Shown here: positions 25,348 through 36,090 of the stretch, one piece after another
How the letters are laid out: each line of letters opens with the position of its first letter
Numbering within the stretch: the first letter of the stretch is position 1
Origin: Camelus ferus
Lineage: Eukaryota
Length of the DNA stretch: 64,000 bases
Assembly (NCBI RefSeq): GCF_009834535.1
Contig: NC_045696.1
Coordinates: 52,454,001-52,518,000, forward strand
Direction: 5' to 3'
Position numbers and translations under genes: made by a program
Notes under the pieces: generated by a model
What the model saw: only the letters and a program-made list of their open reading frames with translations
What the model was told of the DNA's origin: nothing
The model's database searches: none

Positions 25348-26324
25348 GAATTATTTCTTATCCTTTCTACTCTTTAAAAGAACAGAACAGCCTTCTTCTC
25401 CTTTTGCTAGGACATGTATGCATTGATTCACATATAATAATAGAAAGACCATTAGCCTACCAAACTACTGCTGCCAGCAGCTGGTTTCACATTTACACTA
25501 CTTCAGCTCAAGGGCCCTTTATATCTTACACAAAGTATTTTGAACAAAAAAAAATTAAACAGATTTTCTGAAATAAGATTTCCAGAGACAGAAGATAAAT
25601 ACATTTTGACAATACTACTAATAGGTGGAAGAATACATGTTGAACATGGACCCAGAAGTGGTTTAAGTGAGTTGACATTAGAGGGATTCTAGGCAGAAAA
25701 AGGAAACTGTAACCTGTCTCCTAGGAATTCCTTGGAGGATGGTATTGGAAGGGAAATGGGCTTGGGATTTAAGACAGGATTTATTTACCTCCTAATTTTT
25801 CTTAGGACTAGACCTGTCAGTAATCTGCATTTCCTAGAATAGTGCTAAACAAGAAAGGCTTCCTGGTTTCAAAATTACAGATGCAGAGTAACATAGCATC
25901 CACATATGTTGCCCATTTCTTCTAGTTTGGGAAAGGAGAGGGGTGCTAGTGATTTATAGAGAAATTTCAAAGTGAGAAAAAAGATTAAAGACATGAATTG
26001 CTACAAACATTAAAAGAACCCTAGTGGAGAAGATCCTATGATCCAGTAGCCAGTTATTATAAATTAGTATACATTCTCTTACTTCTTAATTGCTATAACT
26101 ATTCTCTTACTTCATAATTGCTGTAACTTCTTAATCAGTCTCCTGGAGAGGTGGGAGTGTAACACCAATTTTATGGTTTAGCTTGAAGCTAACCGAATTT
26201 GCTTTAGAGACGTATTTATGAATTCCTACCCAGAAACTAAAGAGTACATGTGAAAATTTATGTTGAAAGAATACGGGAAATCTACTACGTATCAGACATC
26301 ATACTAGATATTTAAAAAAACAAA

Positions 26325-26450
26325 AAAAAATTAATTTTGAAGTAAATATAGATTCACATGCAGTTGTAAGAAAAAAATGCAGAAAGCCTATGTATCTTTT
26401 ACCCAGTTCCTTTCCCTCAATGGTAACATCTTGTAAATCTATAGTATAAT
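26325..26450 (-). mobile_element. L1M (MB/MC) 3' terminal fragment
   Basis: tagattcacatgcagttgtaaga...ttttacccagtt...caatggtaacatcttg. Confidence 0.7.
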
Positions 26451-26479
26451 ATGAAAAGCTTGTTTACTCTAGAAATCCA

Positions 26480-27900
26480 ATTCTATCTCATTTAAAATAG
26501 TGAAACAGTTTGGTATCAGTGAAGAATACCAAAATAGATCATAGAATAGACTATAAAAGTTCAGAAATAGAGCTAAATAGATATGTACTTTTATTATAAA
26601 AGAAAAAAAATACAATTAGTGTGGAAGAGATGGAATATTCTGAAAAGATGAGAATAATTTGGAAAAAAAGGCAAAATTCTGCTTCTCTGTATCAAAAGAT
26701 AACATGCACCTCAATGTTCATAACAGCACTATATACAATAGCCAAGACATGGAAATAACCGAAATGTCCATTGACAGATGACTGGTTAAAGAAGTTGTGG
26801 TATATTTATACAATTAAATATTACTTAGCCTTAAAAAAGAATAAAATAATGCCATTTGCAACAACATGGAGTAACCTAGAGATCGTCATTCAAAGTGAAG
26901 TAAGCCAGAAAGAGAAAGAAAAATTCCATGTGATAGCACTTATATGTGAAATCTAAAAAAAAGACACTAATAAACTTATTTACAAAACAGAAAGACTCAC
27001 AAACATAGAGAACAAACTTATGGTTACCAGTGGGAGATGGGGATGGGAAGGGATAAATTGGGAGTTTGAGATTTGGAGATACTGACTACTACATACAAAA
27101 TAGATAAACAGTAAACTTATTCTGTATAGCACAGAGAAAACTATATTCAATATCTTATAGTAGCCTTTAATGAAAAAGAATATGAAAACAAATATATGTA
27201 TGTATAGACATGACTGGGACTTTGCGCTATACACCAGAAATTAACACACTGTAACTGACTACTTTGAAAAAAAATTGTAGATGAAACCCAAATTTTAAAG
27301 GAAAAATATCTAAAAATATTATAATTAGATAAGGACTTATTTTGAAAATATTATTAGAGCTGAGAAGAACTTTATAACCATGACACGAAGCCCAGAGGCT
27401 ATATTATAAAAAAAATAAATAAAAAAAGTTTGACTACATGCAAATTAAAACTACTGAATGGGGAAAATGCTATTAAATTTTTAGAAAACAAACCACAGGA
27501 ACAGATATTTCAACATTTATGGAAAAGAGTTCATTTCTTTTACAAAACACTCCAGCAAATCAATAAGAAAAACAACAACAACCTGGTAGAAAAATCACAA
27601 AGAACAGAAAGAAGTTCAGAGATAAATACAAATTGTAAGATATAAAACAATTCTGAACCTACTCATAATTATGAAGTTGCAAAATAAAGAGTTAATGAAG
27701 TGCTATTTTTCTTCTGTCATATTGGCATAGATTAAAAGTTAGATATTGACCAGTATTAGAGGGTAAAGAAAAACAAGACACCCATGCATGAAGATGTAGG
27801 TTTAAAGATGCTAATTGCTGCATTGTTTTTAATAACAAAACAAAGCAAAGTAAAAACAGATATGTAACTTAACTGTGCTTTATTAGAGAGGTGTCAGTGG
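26480..27900 (+). mobile_element. Ancient L1 (L1ME-like) ORF2 remnant split by a young L1
   Basis: A-rich degenerate ORF2 motifs on both sides of 26692-27274. Confidence 0.55.
26692..27274 (+). mobile_element. Camelid-type L1 3' end (5'-truncated)
   Basis: ORF 26771-26956 (WLKKLWYIYT...MPFATTW...EVSQKEKEK) is the ORF2 end, followed by 3' UTR and an A-tail. Confidence 0.93.
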
Positions 27901-28454
27901 AATGGAAATGGGTAAGCCTTTTTACCATAGTCCCACTGAGTCATTGATGGAACCACAATTGGCTCAAAAGCTGAGGCTCACCTTAAAAGCCAGAGGCTGT
28001 CAGCTCATCGTGTCCCTTGGAATTGGGCAAGGAGTTCTTTCTTGAAGTGGGATCTCGGTGATTCAGAAGAGTAAGCTCATATGATGCCATTTGTATATAA
28101 AGGTTATTCATACACATGCATTTGTATATACAAAGAAAATGGTTAATAATATTGTCCTGAGTAGTAGGGTTGGGAGGAGAATATTGGGTCTTTAATATCC
28201 TTTTGTGCTGTAAAAATGTTTTAGTAAGTGCATGAATTGCTTTTCTACTAGTATCAAGAGTTCTTGATGAATTTAGAAATAGTTTCCAAGCTTTACTGAG
28301 ACCCTTCCTAGTTAGAGGCCACATCCGATATACTCAGAATTTCTTAGACCTTCACCTGCTCACAGGACTTCCCAAATTCTCCTGCCTAAGTTATTTCCCT
28401 GCCCTATTTCAATCATTTTCTATGCAATTATCCCATTTTATTTTTCTTTAGGTT

Positions 28455-29848
28455 TGTAGACCTCATTTCCAGTATGGAATTTGGGTTTCCCCCACTACCT
28501 ATAAACAATGCTCCCAGACACCAGTTTAAGGTCCTGCAATTCAACTCAATTCTGACACTATCTACCGGGAAATAGCATCAGACTCCACAGGTTAAGGATT
28601 CAGTACTACAAGACTGCCTGTTCCTAATCCCTCAACCTGCCTCCTGCCCCACTGCAGAGGCCAGTTGCAAGCCCAGGTTGTAACCAGTGTTTCTAACCAG
28701 CTGGCTGCAGATTAGAGGTTCCCATGACCTCCTTCTGGGGTTCCCTTAATTTGCTGGAGTGGCTCACAAAACTCAGAGAAACATTTAACTACTTGATCAC
28801 GGGTTTCTTATAAAAGGTTATGTTGTGGGCACAATGCTGCAGGCCGGTGATGCTGGTTGGTAGAAGAATTACCAGAGACTGAGGAGAGTTCAGGAAAGTT
28901 TAGTAGGTACACTCCTATAAGCAATGGCGGGCCACACAGGCAAGAGGTGCCTGTATGAGCACCAAGGGTGGGTGTGCAGAGTCTTTTATTAGGAGAGGAG
29001 TAGGGACTGCATGATCAATTTGTGCACAGGTACCTGACTGGTTGTTAAGATCAGTCAGGAACTTCTCTGAACAATAGGTTTTATGACTTTGATAAGGGCA
29101 GGATGTGAGGCCTGTCTGCCTAAGGTATTGTGAGATGGGCTATTTCTTGAGGTGGTTTAGCTTTGTTAGGGTAAACATGCATCAAGAGAAGATATTTTGT
29201 ATCTTGTAGAAATGCAGGTATGTGAAGTGTTCTGCAGTAGGTAGTGGGGGTTAAGGTGTCAGTAGGCCCCAGGCACAGAGAGAGCCCAGGGGAGGGGCTT
29301 TTATGACTCTAGAGAGCACCAGCCAGCCAGCTCCACAGGTTACATACAACTCAGTAAACTCAGTAACAGCCGGATGGAAGAGATGCATAAGGCAAGGTGT
29401 GGGGAAAGGGCACGGAGCTTCCATGCCTCCTAGGAGCACACCACTCTCCCCAAATCTCCATGTGTTTATCAACTCAGAAGCTCTCCAAACTCCTCCTTTG
29501 GGTCTTTTATGGAGGCTTCATTACGTAGGCACTATTGATGAAATCGATTAAATCTTTGGCCATTGGTGGTTGAACTCAATCCTCCGCCTTTCTTCCCTCC
29601 CTGGAGGTCAGAGAGTAGGACTGAAAGTTCCAACCCTCTAACCAGGGGTTAGCTCCACTGGCACCAGCCCCCATCCTTAGGTGCTTTTAAAAAGTGGTCT
29701 TATTAACATAACAAAAGACACCTTTATCACTCTTAGCACTTAAAAATTTCAAGGATTTTGGGAGTTGTGAGCCATTAAGAAGGAAAAACAAATATATATA
29801 AGAAATATATATTTGGTCATCTGAATGACCAAATGTTATTCATAACAA
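28455..29848 (-). mobile_element. MER21-like LTR (inserted in L2), interrupted by another LTR
   Basis: caattcaactcaattctgacactatctacc, gatggaagagatgcataaggc, ctgaaagttccaaccctcta are MER21 hallmarks. Confidence 0.85.
28821..29337 (-). mobile_element. Solo LTR (517 bp, ERVL-class, MER73/74-like) nested in MER21
   Basis: TG...CA termini and perfect 5-bp TSD GGTTA at 28816-28820 and 29338-29342. Confidence 0.82.
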
Positions 29849-30933
29849 TTCTCATTATCTGAAATTCTTATTTGTTTGCTTCTATGTTAATTCCCTGCCT
29901 CCCTCAATACGTAATCAGCTCCAAGAGGGCAGGGTTTAACTACCTGAATTGTTTACTGCCTCAGCTTCTAATAGAGTGCCTGGTATGTAAGTAAGTGGTC
30001 AATAAATGTTTGTTGAATAATTGAATTAATTACAAGCAATATTAAAAAGAACTGGGGCTACATGTTGTCTCATTTCATTTAGAATATAAATTGAGTTTCT
30101 CCAGCTTGGAAACTTGGCTTCATTCTCTCTTCTTCCTTTAATAAAACACACCAGTAGCACCTGCTATGTAGAAGAGCCATGATATCTGTGAGAGATAACA
30201 GAGTAAATAATGTCTATCTTGTCCTCATGAAGCTTAAAATTGATAGGACAGGTCATTTTTAATCAGCCAACCATCAGTAGAGGGGCCCCTGAATCTTAAA
30301 AGACCAGGCAGGGATGAGGATGAGAGAAGTGGTTCTTGTCTCATTTGCTAGTGAGGTGCAGAGGAGTTTCTGCTCCCCAACACTGGAAAACAGGATCCTA
30401 GAATCCACCATCACATCAAGTCTCCTGGGATTTACCCCCATGTGGCAATGATTCTGATATGCTATCCCTCTTCTGCCAGTGTTTCTCACACACATGGTTT
30501 CTATGGTTCCCCTGAATCTCTGATGCCTGGGAGGGACCCCTGCCATGTATGCCAGCTGGCTTGTGGGCCCTGTGTTCTCACCTCTTTTCTGCCAACCCTG
30601 TTTTAGAGATCTGGGCCTGGTTCCCATTTTATCCAGTCTTATCTCTGAGAGCATTTTCTGAACACAGTCGTCCTCAGAACGGGAAAAGAAATATAATCAA
30701 GATACAGCAGCTTTTTAATACTCAGTGGAGTCTCTGTCTGGAAATTTCCACTATTAGAGACTCATTTCTTTGAATTAATACATTAGCTTCTTTTGGAATT
30801 CAAATGCCTCTGGTAATAAAGGGGGGCACATAAAAATATTAAAACAATAAAGAAGAAGAAAACCAAACAATTAAAACCTTAGTGTGAAAATATGAATCAG
30901 GCATTTGGATAATAGGCAATCAGAAGTGAAAGG

Positions 30934-30937
<4 letters not shown>

Positions 30938-31030
<93 letters not shown>
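30938..31030. repeat. (AT)n(AC)n microsatellite
   Basis: Direct reading. Confidence 0.97.
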
Positions 31031-31299
31031 GTACTTAAAAAAAAGTTACCCTTCCTTTTTGTTTTACAGAATGAGGACACTGAACACTGGGAAACAGCGG
31101 CTTGGCTAAGGTCACAACAAAGTTTCTTGAATCCCCACTTCTTTGGAATTTGAAGGGTAGCTCTTGTCAACTGTTAGGTGGCGATCTTCTAGGCTAGCAG
31201 TCAACAGGCTGTGACACTGAGCACGTAGGTTAGTATCATGAAGAACCATGTTTCTGAAGGCCCTTTTCAGTCGTGCAGCAGTTAAGGGCTTGGGTTCCA

Positions 31300-31510
31300 C
31301 TTAGAGCAACATAGATTTAGCTCTTGCTTCGCTGTGTGAATTAAGCAAGTAACACCATATTTAAGTTGCAGTGTATTCACCTGTAAGAGACAGATGGTGA
31401 TAGTATCTGCTTCATAAAGTTGGTGTAAAGATTAAATGAGCTAAAGTAGGAAAAGCATATAAGCAAAGTCCTTGGCTCATAGTAGGTACTTCATAAACAC
31501 TGGCTGTTAA
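31300..31510 (+). mobile_element. MIR
   Basis: gctgtgtga...gcaagtaac...aagattaaatgag...ttggctcatagtagg. Confidence 0.7.
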
Positions 31511-32229
31511 AAGTGAGTGATTAAAGATAAGGTTTACCCACTTCACGGTGTTATGAAGGGCTCACTCCCCCAATGTTTGGAAGGTTCCTCCAGCCACCTA
31601 GCTTCTCATCCACACTATTTTTCTGCATCTCAGTTTCACAGCTTCAAAATGAATAGATGATTCATTTTCCCTACCTTCCTCCCAAGAATATCTCATTTTT
31701 TAATAAAACAGTTAAACTTAGATGGGACAGTCCTTGGGCATCTTCATATCCATATTAGAGAATATGGAAGGGCTGAGGAATGTGAGAGAAGCAATAGAAA
31801 TGGTAGAGTTTTGAGATACTTAAAGTTACCACCCACTTATTTCCCCTGGTTTCGATTGGCTGAAATGTAGCATGGATTGAAACCTGAACATTTGGAAGGC
31901 CACTGTGTTCCCTGGAAACTCTCCCCTGAGATTTAGAAGTTAGGGGAAGGTTCAGTGTGGTTCTGGTATGCTCCATCCAGCTCTCTAATTCATCTCAAAG
32001 ATCCAAGAGGGATACAGAGTGTATGTAGCCGACTTACCCCACCAAAGGAGATGGGCTTAGACCTTACTCCAAAAGAAATCAGCTTTTTATCAAAAAAAAA
32101 AAAAAATTCCATACTCTCAGAGGAAAAGCAGCCTTAGGGCTTAGACATTCTTGTGAAAAGACTGTCATGACAATAAGTCATCTTTGTGGCTTTCCTAGTC
32201 ACTTATTCCTCTCATAACAGCCTAAGTTT

Positions 32230-32402
32230 CTCTGAAGGACCATGATATCGCCCAGGAGTTTGAAAATGGAGATTCCTGAGCTCTACCCTACAGAGAGTTT
32301 GATTAGATAGATCTGGAGTAGGCTTTGGAATAAGAATTTTTAATAAGCACCTTAACCTGATTCTGACTCAAGGGATCATTTGAACCACACTTCGGAATAT
32401 AT
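32230..32402. mobile_element. MER5-like MITE
   Basis: gagattcctgagc...tttttaataagcacc...gattctga...accacactt. Confidence 0.55.
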
Positions 32403-32599
32403 TAAACAAAATACATGCACAATAAACCCCTGAGTCAGAAAGTTAACATAACCCACCTCTCTAATATTCTTAACTCCTTTTTGCAGGAACCACTCATTTT
32501 ACTTGGAGCTGAGATATGATTTCATTGCCTGAGAAATTGAATAGAATAGAACCAGAGGATTTTGAAAGCGGCTTCTAATTTCAAAATATCATATTGGAA

Positions 32600-34468
32600 G
32601 GAAAAAAAAGGTAAAAATAGTTTGCTACCATTTTTGTAACAAAGAAAAAGAAATCATAATACACATACATGTGTACAAATATCTTCAAAGGGAAATATAA
32701 GATCATTAACACAGGAAGTATAGAAATTGGTTGACTATTGGGGATGGGTGGAAATAAAGCAATAATAGAATGATATTTTCTAAGTTTACCTTTCAATCTA
32801 GTTTTGACTTTTAAACCACAGTAATATTTTGCATATTCAAAAACATTTATTTATCAAACATGTAAAATCTAGAAATTGAATATAAATAGAAACACATGAA
32901 TTGAACTATATATCAAACTGATAATATGAACACAAAGAAGCAAACCCAGAATTAGAGTAAATTTTGAACACTGTACTCTGAATACATTCCACCTTCAGTG
33001 GGATATCTTCTAAAGACAAAAAGAAACTATTGGTGGTGAAATAGTTTGAAACGATTTTGTGTGTATTGCAGAATTAAGCAAAAGAGAAAATATATTAGTG
33101 TTTGGAGGGCATGGAGTTCTTATGGTAGGAAAGTGGTAAAAAAAAGGGGGGGGAAAGGGGGAAAGAGAACCTGTTGTATTGAATTATAATTGGAAGTTTC
33201 AGTACAAACTGATAACTTTATCAATATATATATTTTCTTGCTAGGTACAAAGAAAGAGCTTAGAAGCAATTATACGTTAGCAGTAATGAATGTACTTATC
33301 ATCCTGATCTTGGTTTCTAACTACCATTGTCCATTCAAAGGAACCAGAGCTCCCTGGAAAACTGATTCTAAGTTGGGGGCAATGAAGTACAAGGTGGACC
33401 AGGAGCACTGAGTTGAATCAAAAAGTAAAGAAATGTTCAAACACGGATAGGAAAATGTCAAAGAACATGAATGCCAGATTAAAGGGGCTTCCACTGACCA
33501 AATTTGAGACAACTAGAATCAGTATAAATAATGTCAGGAATGGTTTACAGTAAAACTCTGTGAGTCCACAGTGGTATCCAGAACAGTGGGGGTAGATGGA
33601 GAAAAGAAAGAAGCAGATTTCTACAGAACAATAGCAACTCATAAAGGGAGAAGTAATGTACAATGATTATTTTCTAAGGTTGTCAATGACCACTGTAATA
33701 ACTGATTCAAACAAAAGCTATCAAAGCGTGCTAAAACCATTGTGTAAAATGTTGGTCTTATAATCACCCAGTTTTAGAACTATTTATTAATTGCAGAGGA
33801 ACATACTACATTTACAATGGAGAAATCTGACAGTATCACCTTAACCAAATGATAGAGCCTACAATCACTGAGTTTGACAAACTGTCAACATATGCCTCCT
33901 GATGTGATGTACTATGAAGGACACATCCTGCCAAAAATGTCTAACCTTATCCTAATCATGAGGAAGCGATCAGAAAACTCCAAACTGCTGCTGAGTCTGC
34001 AAAAACAACTGGTCTGGACACTTCAAAATGTCAGTGTCTTAAAAGTTAAAAAAAAGGCTAGGCATGGTTCTAGAATACAAATTATTAAAGAGATACAATG
34101 AATAAACAATGCATAATTCTTGATTGAATCCTGGATTTATTATAAAGCTTTAAAGACATTATTGGAACAATTTGAGAAATTTGAACATAGATTTTATACT
34201 GTATAATATTAGTTATCAAGGCTAAAATTTTCTGAAGATGATAAATTCCATTGTGGATGTGTAGGAGAATGACCTTGTTCTCAGGAGATACATACTACAG
34301 AATTGTGGTGTCTACCACTTAATAATTCCCCAAAAAGAAGGAAAATAAAAGACAAAGCAAATGTGGCAAAATGTTAACAATTAGTGAATCTTGCAAAATA
34401 GTATCAGGTGCTCATTTTATTACTAGTGAAACTTTTCTGTAGGCTTGAAATTTTTCAAAATAAAAAGT
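32600..34468 (+). mobile_element. L1MC4/5-like long 3' UTR
   Basis: ggaaccagagctcc, aaaggggcttccactgaccaaa, acaatggagaaatctg, and terminal aagcaaatgtggcaaaatgttaacaatt...tcaaaataaaaagtt. Confidence 0.8.
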
Positions 34469-34471
34469 TGG

Positions 34472-34585
34472 AGGGTGAGGGTAGGGTGCAGCTGAGTGAT
34501 AGAGTGCGTGCAGCTCAGTGATAGAATGCGTGCTTAGCATGCACAAGGCCTGAGGTTCAATTCCCAGGATCTTCATTAAAAAAAA
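34472..34585 (+). mobile_element. tRNA-Ala-derived camelid SINE (vic-1-like) with duplicated A-box segment
   Basis: agctcagtg A-box, tgcttagcatgcac anticodon arm, ggttcaattccc B-box, A-tail. Flanks AAAAAGTTGGA/AAAAATTTGGA. Confidence 0.85.
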
Positions 34586-35929
34586 TTTGGAAGTAAGGAA
34601 GGGGGCAAAAATGCAACCAGTATTGGTTGCCAGAATGGTGTGGTGTATATACTTCCACTTATCACTTACTGGGAGGGGCATGCACCTGTTAATAGCTACA
34701 TTCCTTAGTTCACTTCCCTCTGCAGTCTGGCTGCCTCCCTTCCGCCTCTCTCTCCTCACCAGGATGCACTTAGGTACAATAGTGAGGAGAGAAGGAGGAG
34801 TTTGGAGAGCGTTCCTGTATTACCATCTCAGAGGGATAGTCCCGCTTCAAGCACCTCTCCAAAGGGCTAATGGCCTACAGAGCCTGATTACCATCCTGGG
34901 ATAAGTTCAAATTTTTTTTTTTTTTATGATAGCAATTTGTTACACCAGTTTGCCACTTGCCTGCTGCTTCCTTGTTAATCCAATAATCTATATGAGAAAA
35001 GCAATTTGATGTACCTCCTTCCCATCTGCCACCCATCATCCAATCTATATCTTAACTATTAGTGATTTATTAATGGTGTCTGCATTAAGCACATCTCTGC
35101 TCCATTGGCGCCCTCCTTCTCAGACTCTCGCTTGGATAAACTCTCTGGTTGTGTTAGAAGGCAAACTCAGCATGGTGATTAAAAGCAATAACAGAATAAT
35201 AAACTGAGCTTCAGTTCCAGGAGTTGCTCCTTTTAAACAGTTAGCATTTATGCACATCCACACACTTAAGTAGATCCATTTCAGAGCCAGTCTTAAGAAA
35301 TGTGGAAAACTAGGATATTTCTCATGTTTTTCATGCTGTCCCCAACCTTGATTTTTTTAAAGCCGGTTCATTGGAACCTGCAAACAGACAGTGATAGCAT
35401 TGCCTCTGTGCCCCAAGTGAAAGTTGCATTCCTCATCCCCAACCTCCTGGATGTCCATTCTCTTGAACTGAGGGCCTGTGTGAGCCTGGACCCAGAACTC
35501 TTTCCTGCAGAGACCAAAGGGGCAGGTAGTTATTGGCTAGATGTACTGAAGCAACTCTGAAGAAGGAACTCTGTTCTCGAAGGTGTGAGCCTGGTTCTCT
35601 GCACATCAGGGCATTATTTGTGATTGCTGAGCTTCATTTTTCTCAATTTACCCTGGCTTACCCAGAACAAAGTCTCTAGGATGACACTCCCAGAGGAAGG
35701 ATATAATGGAGTTGGGCGGTCTGAAAATGATGGTGTATAGCAATGCCTGCTGTCTGCTGTGGGCTGAACACACCATTCACTTTGACTCTGTGCTGTTCTT
35801 TGCCTACAGAAGCTTGATGCACATGGCCCAACCTAAAACCTATGGTAAGAGAAGAAACATGGTCATAGGATGGAAATATCAGGAACCTATCACTAACACT
35901 ATTTGCAGTTTCCGCATAGTGGGAATCCA

Positions 35930-36090
35930 GACTGCATAGTGGTTAGCTCATTGGCTGAGAAGTGAATTCTGGTTCTGCAAACTCCTATCTCTCTGTTCAA
36001 TAGCAAGTTTATAAATCTGTAAAATGGGGCTGCTATCACTACTACATAAGGTGGTGGTCAAGAGTAACAATGATTAATCAGTAAATTGTT
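35930..36090 (+). mobile_element. MIR
   Basis: gcatagtggttag...atctgtaaaatgggg. Confidence 0.55.

Noticed and set aside
30871..31170. ORFs with YI/TH/CV repeats
   Set aside because: Translation of the (AT)n(AC)n microsatellite.
34505..34575. tRNA-Ala-like sequence
   Set aside because: A-tail, TSD-like flanks and degenerate stems indicate a SINE, not a tRNA gene.
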